Source of the DNA: an uncultured Bacteroidales bacterium
GTDB lineage: Bacteria; Bacteroidota; Bacteroidia; Bacteroidales; WCHB1-69
Assembly (NCBI GenBank): GCA_937949745.1
Contig: CALECM010000048.1
Location: 10,563-74,562, forward strand
DNA length: 64,000 bases
Reading direction: 5' to 3'
The notes below the pieces were generated by a model. That model was not told the DNA's origin, made no database searches, and saw only the letters and a list, made by a program, of their open reading frames with translations. Each line of letters begins with the position of its first letter. Positions within the stretch are counted from its first letter, which is position 1. Positions 56,273 to 64,000 of this stretch are shown here, piece by piece. Made by a program: the position numbers and the translations under genes.

Positions 56273-58353
56273 AGTAAACCGCTTCTTTTCAGTAAGGCCT
56301 CGATCCTGGGTTCTCTTCCACGGAATTTCACATACAAATTCATAGGTTTATCAGAACCTCCTTTGGATAATATATTTTTCACGAAAGAATCGGCCACTTC
56401 TTTATTGAAGATACCCTTTTCCTGAAACAACGAAAATGCGTCGGCATCCAGTACCTCAGCCCATTTATATCCATAATATCCCGCTGCGTAGCCACCGGAG
56501 AATATATGACCGAACGTGGTACTCATACAGGCACCGGGAACATTGGGAAGTAATTCGAGTTTATCCAGTTCCCGTCTTTCCATTTTTAATACATCATCGA
56601 TAGTTTTAGGATCAATCGTATGCCACATCATATCCAGATATCCGAAGGATAACTGTCGGCAGGAATAATATCCGGCTAAATAATTCTCGGCATCGCGTAT
56701 TTTTTTAACCAGACTTTCAGGAATGACTTCACCGGTTTGGTAATGGAATGCGAACGTTTTTAGAAAATCCTGATATACCGCCCAGTTTTCATAAATTTGA
56801 GAAGGAAGCTCGACAAAATCCCTTTTAACGCTGGTTCCCGACAGGCTTTCATAGTTAACTTCCGATAACATGCCATGCAAAGCGTGTCCGAATTCATGCA
56901 TAAAAGTGGTCAGCTCCGAAAAAGTAAGTAAAGAAGGTTGTTCCGGGGTGGAAGGAGTAAAATTCATTACGAGGGATACTAACGGACGAACATCATTACC
57001 ATTCTGATCGATATATTGTTCACGGAAAGAGGTCATCCATGCGCCGTCTCTTTTAGAAGAACGGGGATGGAAATCAAGATATAGGATAGCCATCAGTTTT
57101 CCATGGCGGTAAACTTCATGTACCTGTACATCCGGATGATATACCTGGATATCTTTATTGGGAACAAACGTCAGGTCATATAATTTCGAAGTTAATCCGA
57201 AAACACCGTCGATCACGTTCTCCAACTTAAAATAAGGTTTTAGCATTTCGTCATTCAGGTCATAGAGAGTATTTTTCTGTTTTTCAGAATAATAGGTCAT
57301 ATCCCATCTTTCCACCGGTCCCTGAAGCCCGTTTTTAGAGGCGAATTCATTAAGCGCAGCGATCTCGTTCTGCGCAGCCGGGAAAGAATATGTCTTAAGT
57401 TCGTCCAGAAGATTATAAACATTGGTTACATTTTCCGCCATACGGTTTTCCAGAACATATTCCGCATAATTCTTATACCCAAGTAATTTCGCGGTTTGAT
57501 CACGGCAAGTGAGGATATCTTTGATGACCTGACTGTTATCGTATTGATCTTTGTATGCTTTACTGCTTGATTTCAGGAAAAATTCTTTTCTCAGATCCCG
57601 GTTATCGGCATATTTCATGATTGCGGAATAACTGGGTGCCGAAAGGTCGAAAACCCATCCGTCCAGATTTTTACTTTTGGCTTTTTCCCTGGCCAGTGTT
57701 CTTTCGATTTCAGGGATACCTTTCAATTCGTTAATGTCCGTAATATTTTTGAACCACGAATTGGTGGCATTCAGTGAATTCTGGCTGAAATCCAGTGACA
57801 GGGTAGACATTCTCGTGGATATCTCACGGAAAGTTTCTTTATCTTTATCCGAGAGATTAGCTCCGCTCCTGATAAACCCCCTGTAAGTATTATCTAACAA
57901 TTGCTGTTGCTCGGTGGTGAGTTTTCCGGGATTATCATGCACTTGCTTTACACGTGAAAAAAGTGCCGGATCCAGGTTGATGTCGTTACCGAATTCCGTT
58001 AGCATGGGACTTACTTTCTGCGCAATTTGTTGTAATTGGTCGGAAGTATTGCAACTCAGCATATTGAAGAATACGCTGGAAATACGATTAAGTCTGGCTC
58101 CGGAACGGTCGAGCGCTACTATGGTATTTTCAAATGTAGGTTCTGTCTTTGCCTGGGCAATACGCTGCACTTCTCCTTTGGCCTCTTGTATGGCGTATTC
58201 GAAAGCCGGTAAATAGTGTTCAGGCTTGATTTCTCCGAAAGGAGGAGTTTGGTACGGTGTATTCCATTCCTTTAGTAATGGATTGTCTCCCTGGGCATTT
58301 AATTGTAGTGCCGTCATACATAAAATTGTAAAAGTGAATAATTTAACTTTCAT
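56269..58353 (-). CDS. dcp: M3-family metallopeptidase (peptidyl-dipeptidase Dcp-like), secreted
   Basis: Signal peptide MKVKLFTFTILCMTALQLNAQ. MHEFGHALH zinc motif. About 690 aa, as for Dcp. Confidence 0.8.
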   Translation of the reverse strand: MKVKLFTFTILCMTALQLNAQGDNPLLKEWNTPYQTPPFGEIKPEHYLPAFEYAIQEAKGEVQRIAQAKTEPTFENTIVALDRSGARLNRISSVFFNMLSCNTSDQLQQIAQKVSPMLTEFGNDINLDPALFSRVKQVHDNPGKLTTEQQQLLDNTYRGFIRSGANLSDKDKETFREISTRMSTLSLDFSQNSLNATNSWFKNITDINELKGIPEIERTLAREKAKSKNLDGWVFDLSAPSYSAIMKYADNRDLRKEFFLKSSSKAYKDQYDNSQVIKDILTCRDQTAKLLGYKNYAEYVLENRMAENVTNVYNLLDELKTYSFPAAQNEIAALNEFASKNGLQGPVERWDMTYYSEKQKNTLYDLNDEMLKPYFKLENVIDGVFGLTSKLYDLTFVPNKDIQVYHPDVQVHEVYRHGKLMAILYLDFHPRSSKRDGAWMTSFREQYIDQNGNDVRPLVSLVMNFTPSTPEQPSLLTFSELTTFMHEFGHALHGMLSEVNYESLSGTSVKRDFVELPSQIYENWAVYQDFLKTFAFHYQTGEVIPESLVKKIRDAENYLAGYYSCRQLSFGYLDMMWHTIDPKTIDDVLKMERRELDKLELLPNVPGACMSTTFGHIFSGGYAAGYYGYKWAEVLDADAFSLFQEKGIFNKEVADSFVKNILSKGGSDKPMNLYVKFRGREPRIEALLKRSGLL

Positions 58354-58386
58354 ATTTTCATAATTTTGGTGATAATTTATTGAGAT

Positions 58387-58869
58387 TTATTTGGTTACTG
58401 TCACAATGGCCATGGCGGCGATCCCTTCTTCCCTTCCGATGAATCCGAGCTTTTCGTTGGTTTTGGCTTTGACCGATACGTTGCCGGGATCTATATTTAA
58501 TAATGACACCAGCACTTCCGTAATGGCATCCACATAAGGAGCAATCTTAGGCTGTTCGGCTATAATACTCGCATCGAGGTTATGCACCCGCCATCCTTCC
58601 CGGTGAATAAGGGATACGATATGGGCCACAAGAATCCGGCTATCCATATTTTTATATTGGGGATCATGATCCGGGAAATGCGTACCAATATCTTTCAGCG
58701 CCAGAGAACCTAAAAGGGCATCCCCGATAGCGTGCAACAGCACATCTCCATCCGAATGGGCGATACATCCTTTTTTAAAGGGAATCTCGATCCCTCCTAA
58801 AACTAATTTACGATTCTCCCCCAGACGGTGAGAATCGTAACCAAGTCCGACTCTTATATCATTAATCAT
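58387..58869 (-). CDS. ispF: 2-C-methyl-D-erythritol 2,4-cyclodiphosphate synthase
   Basis: VGLGYDSHRL, AHSDGDVLLHAIGDALLG and IIAEQPKIAPY. Confidence 0.95.
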   Translation of the reverse strand: MINDIRVGLGYDSHRLGENRKLVLGGIEIPFKKGCIAHSDGDVLLHAIGDALLGSLALKDIGTHFPDHDPQYKNMDSRILVAHIVSLIHREGWRVHNLDASIIAEQPKIAPYVDAITEVLVSLLNIDPGNVSVKAKTNEKLGFIGREEGIAAMAIVTVTK

Positions 58870-58872
58870 TAA

Positions 58873-60111
58873 TTAGTTCAATTTACGCTGGTTCTTGATA
58901 TCATCCTTATTAAAGGAAGCGAAATCAAAAGTAAGTGAAAAGCGAAGGGTATTTTCCAAAGGGTGATGCTGGTTGATCGTAAACAGATAAGCCATATCGA
59001 TGCCTATGATATTATACTGCAATCCGGCGCCGATGGTAAAATACTGGCGGTTTCCCTTGTGCCTGCTTTCATGAAAATATCCTAACCTCACGAACAGAAG
59101 CTCCCTGTAAGAATATTCGATCCCTATTCCCAGATTTATTTCGCGCATTTCTTCCCGGAATCCTCCCGGCGCATCATAAAATGATTGCAGCATACCCTGT
59201 GCTACGGAAACATTCGGATCTCTTCCGGCAGCAATGATTCTATTCCCGGCAGCATCAAATGTATCCGTATAGTAAATGGGAGGAGTGGGCACCAATAATT
59301 TATTCAACTCACCTGTAATGGCAAGTTTATTATATTCGTCAAATTCCATGGTGTATCCCACACCGAGTTTCAGGTTGGTAGGTAAAAAATCCCGGTGGTC
59401 ACCCGCCGTATAGGTCATCTTAGCACCCATGTTCGAGATATTCAATCCGGCCCGCAACGTCGTATTAAATAGCGAACCCGCGGAGAAATCCTGTTCATAG
59501 AAAAGGGACAGGTCTGCCGCACCCGAAAGTCCGACGTAAGTCTCCGACTGGCCCACCATTTGTCCGGCGGTAAGGTCTGAATAAATAAAACGGCCGGTGA
59601 TGGCAAGCGAAAGCTGATCTATCAATTTACGGGAATAAGTGAAATCCAGGGCAAATTCATTAGGCCGCTGGTTACTGATCACATATCCTTCTTCATTGGT
59701 AAACGTGATATCCCCCAGAGAAAAATATCGTAAAGAAAATGCGATCGCGTCCATATCGGTAATTTTGTAGTACATGGAGAGATAAAGTAAATTGATGTCG
59801 TTAACCAGTTTTCTTAACCATGGACTGTAAGAAACGGAGAAACCTATTTTATTTTCATTAAACACGTATTTGGCGGGATTATGGTGCTGTGATGACGGAT
59901 CGGCGGAAGTAGCCGCTCCCACGTCGCCCATGGCACCGGCGCGCGAATCCGGGGCAATCAGCAAAAAAGGAACTGCAGTGGTAATGGTATTGAGGTATCC
60001 TCTTCCCAGTACGTCCCAGTCTTCTTGTCCCGGGGTCATGATGATTTGAGAATAGACGGACGTACCTGCAATCAATGATATTGTAAACAGTAAAAAGATT
60101 TTCCTCGCCAT
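58873..60111 (-). CDS. porV: T9SS outer-membrane shuttle protein PorV (LptO)
   Basis: Signal peptide, PDSRAGAMGDVGAATSADPSSQHHNPAKY near the N-terminus, beta-barrel alternation, and a position immediately downstream of porU. Confidence 0.8.
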   Translation of the reverse strand: MARKIFLLFTISLIAGTSVYSQIIMTPGQEDWDVLGRGYLNTITTAVPFLLIAPDSRAGAMGDVGAATSADPSSQHHNPAKYVFNENKIGFSVSYSPWLRKLVNDINLLYLSMYYKITDMDAIAFSLRYFSLGDITFTNEEGYVISNQRPNEFALDFTYSRKLIDQLSLAITGRFIYSDLTAGQMVGQSETYVGLSGAADLSLFYEQDFSAGSLFNTTLRAGLNISNMGAKMTYTAGDHRDFLPTNLKLGVGYTMEFDEYNKLAITGELNKLLVPTPPIYYTDTFDAAGNRIIAAGRDPNVSVAQGMLQSFYDAPGGFREEMREINLGIGIEYSYRELLFVRLGYFHESRHKGNRQYFTIGAGLQYNIIGIDMAYLFTINQHHPLENTLRFSLTFDFASFNKDDIKNQRKLN

Positions 60112-60168
60112 AAATACGATTTTAAATAAATGAAACTTGTGGATTAACGCTTATTATTAAATATTATT

Positions 60169-63100
60169 TTACAGAATGACCAATTTCTCTATTTTTTCCG
60201 CTATCTCTCCCTGCTGATTCCTGACTTTAACACGGTAAAGATAAACTCCCTTTCCTATCTTATCGCCATACTCATCCCTCCCATTCCAGCTTATACCTTC
60301 ACACCGGTTACCTGTTATTACCTGTGTGGAAGATAATGTGGCGACCAATTTACCGGAAATGGTAAAAATTTGTACAAGGATATCGAAACGCTCGCCGGGC
60401 TGATTGTGTTCAAAAAAGAAATCGGTATGGGTGGTAAACGGATTGGGATAATTGAGAACATGGTCCAGCGTCAGTTTTTCATCGGATACCACTTCAAAGT
60501 TCAGGATATTTTCCGAAACATTATTGGCGATATCCCATGCCCTTATTTTAATGGTGTGTTTCCCTACCGCAAGATCTTTTAACGGATAGTGCACCACACC
60601 GCTTCCGTAAGCATCTTCCTTAGCCTCGAAATAATCATTCAGGATAATAGGAGATTCCGACGCATTATCCAGAATAGCGGACAGGTCGTGACCTATGCCA
60701 TTACCGGTCATATTGATTCCGTAATCATCTTTAAGATGGACCAGCAGAGTCGGATTCGGATCGGTAATACCTCCGTTCACAAAATTTTCATCATTCAGGT
60801 ATATTTTAATCTCGGGTCCGAGAGAATCTGCGATCGCGTCATTACTGATACCGCCGATAAGGATCTGGTCAAAGTATCCTGAGGCATCGGAATCTTCGCT
60901 TTTGGCGTAATAACTGATCTTACCGTTTCCGTATGTATAATTAATATCTTTTGGCGTAATGAATCCAAATTCAAAATAACCGTTATTCACGGATGCATTC
61001 CCTTTGAAAAGCACATTTTTCTGCACTTCAAATTCAAACAAGCCGCTTTCGGGACTATTTTGGAGCGTCCTCATTGTGACGGGCTTATCAAATACGGAAG
61101 GATAAATATTGCCGTTAAAACCTGTAAGAGGATTACCGTACTGATCGGCAATATGGCCCTTGACAGTAACCCTGGACAATGCCGTAATGGTATCGGATAT
61201 ATTTTGTACTGCTTTCCCGTTTATCGAATCCGTAATGACAGAATACCGGGGAATAGCGAGTTCCATGGAGGGATCTCCAAGTACGATGATCATATTGAAG
61301 TGATCAATGGCTCCTCCACTCAGATTTTTAGTAACCCGGTTCAATTCCCCTAAAGTCCTGTATTGATTATTCGCATCCCGTTCAAACATGATTTCAAATA
61401 ATTTAGGCAAATAGTTCGTAGCAGAATTAGTATAAGAAATACGGGAAGTCGTGATCAAACCTGCGGCTCCTCCCCGCGGATTATGAAAAACCATTTCACC
61501 CGGAGAAATAGCGGTACCGTCATACCATGTAAACTCACAGGTGAGCGTTACCATGATAGTCTGGTTATAAGTGTTGGCCCATGCGTTGATATCGGAAATT
61601 TCCAGTACTCTTTCCTGAGCCCAGCCGTTCCCGCCTCCATGGCCCGTATAAGCCATAACAAGTGTGCCACGCTCCATACGGTTATTAATGGCGATGTTTA
61701 CTTCCGGATAGCGTGAGCCACCGGCATGGGAAATCCGCTGATAGGCATCCAGATATATTTTTTCAATATTGATACTTTTATTATTAAGGGCCACTTTTTC
61801 AGCCGACTGATCGGCAGTGCTTATGTGATGTATACCGTTTTCATCGTCGGCCACAAAAGTGATCACATTGCGCCAGTCGGCCAGATTGGAAATTTTTCCC
61901 GAATTGGCATCCGTAACCAGATTATGTTTGGCGGAATAACGAATGGTTTTGTCCACTGCGGTTTTAGCCTGCGCCAGGGTTGTAACGGGAAACCTGCCCA
62001 CCGCCACATCTAACAAACCATTTCCTCCTTCGCCGCTTCCATCACCCAGAATGCCAAAATAATCATCATTGGCACGGTAGTTACCTTCCCTTATATGAGT
62101 ATCGACCTGAAAATTAGGAACAAATACTTTAGGGCCATTCTCATTAACAGCCCTGTAATCATAAGAAGCCCTTCCGAAAAGCAATAAATATTTGGGATAT
62201 ACAGCATTGCTCTTCTCAGAAATCATTTTCATGTAATCCCGGATAGCAGTGGGATCCTGTGCTCCTGAAGAAAATTCATTATAAATCTGCTCGGGCGTCA
62301 CCACCCGCACCGTTAAGCCGCTGTTTTGCCTCCTGTAGTCGGCCAGCCTTTCCGCCTCGGAAAGAAAATCACGATGGCTGACTATGATCATATCCACCTC
62401 ACTATTGGCATGCAGGTCCTGATTGGCTATCTTTCCTACCGTGGTTACCGGTTTAAAACTGCTTCCGTTGAAAACCACAAATTTCCGTAATGTATCGGTC
62501 GGGGCTTTAAAAGAAAAGACATTCCCATCCAGATTACCGGCTAACGGATAGGGCTGCACCGGATCCGTCACATCCCAGACTTTCACCCTGGTATCACTGT
62601 TGCCGATATTGAACAACGTGACTTCTCCCTCGCCCACTCCATCCAAATGAGAAATAAGAAACTGGGCAGAATGCATTCTCAGGTCACAAACAGCCTGCAC
62701 CTCGATCCAATCTAAATAGGCTTTGGAGGACATGATCGGTTTATTATAATCCAGCTTGATCTCCAATTTGGATGAAGTTGGATTAAAATTATAGTCTTCT
62801 CTCTGCATATTGGCAATATAATCGGACCCTAATCCCGTATCTCTTAAATATCCCACAATTTGGTTATTCACGGATACCGTTATCCGGGACGAAGCAGCCG
62901 AACTGAATGCCGCCGATACGGATACCCGTGCCCTTTCCGAAGTAATGGCCGGCACGTCCATGGTATAGGTCCTGACAGTGGTCATATCGAAAATATCGCT
63001 AAACCATTTACGTCCTGTTTCCCACTTCCCTAATATCCTCTCATCCTTTTCCAGAAAACCGTAATAGGTATAAGTATTTGCCGTATGGGTAGCGACCAGG

Positions 63101-64000
63101 TTACGATAGTCTCTTTCCCGGTCGTTGATCCGTTGTTTTTCTCCTATGCCGGGATTTACACTGATAAAATAATAAGCGTAATTACTGTATACATTCAATT
63201 GATGATTAAATTGCTTATTGTTAGGATTATAAATCCATGAATGGGGACCCTGGGCATAAAAAACAAAATAATCCCCTTCATCAAAAGTACCGTCTCCGTT
63301 ATCATATACCAGTATAGGATTTTCCCGAAGGTCATCCGCCCGGGGAACTCCGTTTTTTTCGGGGAGCATCCCGCCTCCGTTCCCGAAAACAGAGATTTGG
63401 GAAGATTGAAGGCCGTTGACCGGAATACCCAGTTTCACAAAATCCTCATAGGTAACTTTATAAAGCCCTGACTGATTCACCGCGATCTTGTACCATTCAC
63501 CGGTCCGGAGTATAGAGTTTTGGGCATAGGAAGTCCTGCTCCTGGAAAGTTTCGGACTTCTCCCGGTAAAAGAAATATCGACGGAAGTCACTTTCATCCA
63601 ATTACCGCTTTCATTCCGGTAAACCGGAATAAAATTCACGGAAGCAAAATTCTTTTTCCGCTCCACCAATGTTTTAATTTCAACCTTGAATTCTTTGGGA
63701 TTGAAATCTTCCGGAAGAAGATCCTGTTCGCTTTTTTGAAGAGGAACAGAGTTAACATTGGAAATGGAAATATCGTATTGCTGAAAATAATTATCTACAG
63801 GGATCAGGTCTATAAAAAGCGGAAGCCCATTATTATCGGACGCAGCTCCTTTAAAATAGAGTAATTCTATGCGGGTGTTTTCATCGGGACTGAAGATCAT
63901 ATTGGGCAGCCACTCGATCTCATAATTCTTTTCAATTTTTTGTGCCTGAATATCAAATGATTGACCGGCGAAAAATGCAATTATGGCCAAGAGCCCCCAA
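60169..64000 (-). CDS. porU: T9SS C-terminal signal peptidase/sortase PorU (C25 gingipain-like), 5' end beyond the right window edge
   Basis: The reading frame stays open to the window edge (..WGLLAIIAFFAGQSFDIQAQ is the signal peptide). C25 His/Cys contexts YTGHGGGNGW and VTLTCEF. Retained CTD LNYPNPFTTHTDFFF...GVYLYRVKVRNQQGEIAEKIEKLVIL. porV is adjacent. Confidence 0.85.
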   Translation of the reverse strand, partial: WGLLAIIAFFAGQSFDIQAQKIEKNYEIEWLPNMIFSPDENTRIELLYFKGAASDNNGLPLFIDLIPVDNYFQQYDISISNVNSVPLQKSEQDLLPEDFNPKEFKVEIKTLVERKKNFASVNFIPVYRNESGNWMKVTSVDISFTGRSPKLSRSRTSYAQNSILRTGEWYKIAVNQSGLYKVTYEDFVKLGIPVNGLQSSQISVFGNGGGMLPEKNGVPRADDLRENPILVYDNGDGTFDEGDYFVFYAQGPHSWIYNPNNKQFNHQLNVYSNYAYYFISVNPGIGEKQRINDRERDYRNLVATHTANTYTYYGFLEKDERILGKWETGRKWFSDIFDMTTVRTYTMDVPAITSERARVSVSAAFSSAASSRITVSVNNQIVGYLRDTGLGSDYIANMQREDYNFNPTSSKLEIKLDYNKPIMSSKAYLDWIEVQAVCDLRMHSAQFLISHLDGVGEGEVTLFNIGNSDTRVKVWDVTDPVQPYPLAGNLDGNVFSFKAPTDTLRKFVVFNGSSFKPVTTVGKIANQDLHANSEVDMIIVSHRDFLSEAERLADYRRQNSGLTVRVVTPEQIYNEFSSGAQDPTAIRDYMKMISEKSNAVYPKYLLLFGRASYDYRAVNENGPKVFVPNFQVDTHIREGNYRANDDYFGILGDGSGEGGNGLLDVAVGRFPVTTLAQAKTAVDKTIRYSAKHNLVTDANSGKISNLADWRNVITFVADDENGIHHISTADQSAEKVALNNKSINIEKIYLDAYQRISHAGGSRYPEVNIAINNRMERGTLVMAYTGHGGGNGWAQERVLEISDINAWANTYNQTIMVTLTCEFTWYDGTAISPGEMVFHNPRGGAAGLITTSRISYTNSATNYLPKLFEIMFERDANNQYRTLGELNRVTKNLSGGAIDHFNMIIVLGDPSMELAIPRYSVITDSINGKAVQNISDTITALSRVTVKGHIADQYGNPLTGFNGNIYPSVFDKPVTMRTLQNSPESGLFEFEVQKNVLFKGNASVNNGYFEFGFITPKDINYTYGNGKISYYAKSEDSDASGYFDQILIGGISNDAIADSLGPEIKIYLNDENFVNGGITDPNPTLLVHLKDDYGINMTGNGIGHDLSAILDNASESPIILNDYFEAKEDAYGSGVVHYPLKDLAVGKHTIKIRAWDIANNVSENILNFEVVSDEKLTLDHVLNYPNPFTTHTDFFFEHNQPGERFDILVQIFTISGKLVATLSSTQVITGNRCEGISWNGRDEYGDKIGKGVYLYRVKVRNQQGEIAEKIEKLVIL

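Overview
This is a gene-dense 64-kb chromosomal segment that I read as Bacteroidota. That assignment is an inference from three things: the T9SS genes porU/porV at the right end, several T9SS C-terminal sorting domains, and TAnnTTTG -7 promoter boxes 10-60 nt upstream of many start codons with no obvious Shine-Dalgarno sites.

Layout:
- 1-5.95 kb: a TetR-linked RND efflux operon (tetR, tolC-like, MFP, acrB-like) on the minus strand. acrB runs off the left edge.
- 6.3-11.2 kb: a co-directional AraC regulator, a DUF5687-like polytopic membrane protein plus ABC ATPase, then a short activase-like radical SAM enzyme 4 nt upstream of a partner with a Cys cluster, a membrane anchor and a Pro/acidic tail.
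- 11.2-25.3 kb: a segment that looks accessory and AT-richer by eye. It holds a decayed T9SS sorting-domain relic, two tandem paralogous GT-C-like membrane proteins, and a LytTR two-component system whose divergent intergenic region carries two pairs of 21-bp-phased direct repeats. It also holds a T9SS cargo protein with YD-like repeats, a DUF2807 lipoprotein, a tandem composite hairpin-repeat array, and a 2188-aa surface protein ending in a Fibrobacter-type (TIGR02145-like) domain.
- 25.7-58.9 kb: mostly housekeeping genes. These are a DEAD-box helicase, DUF2945, TIGR02757, DUF2461, an Ig-like secreted protein, a pyruvate-oxidase-like TPP enzyme, DUF2271, a MORN-variant protein, aroB, a LutA-like Fe-S protein and clpC. 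They continue with a HlyD + 2 ATPase + 2 ABC-2 permease exporter, a 1427-aa double BcrAD/BadFG ATPase fusion, dksA-like, lspA, an SDR, a class-III aminotransferase, a beta-CASP MBL hydrolase coupled to recQ, an M3 peptidase and ispF.
- 58.9-64 kb: porV and porU. porU runs off the right edge.

I saw no rRNA, tRNA, CRISPR array, transposase or integrase. The items most worth follow-up are the radical SAM pair, the phased repeats at the LytTR locus, the dispersed hairpin repeats with compensatory stem changes, and the architecture of the giant protein. All product calls rest on motifs read by eye. No database search was run.
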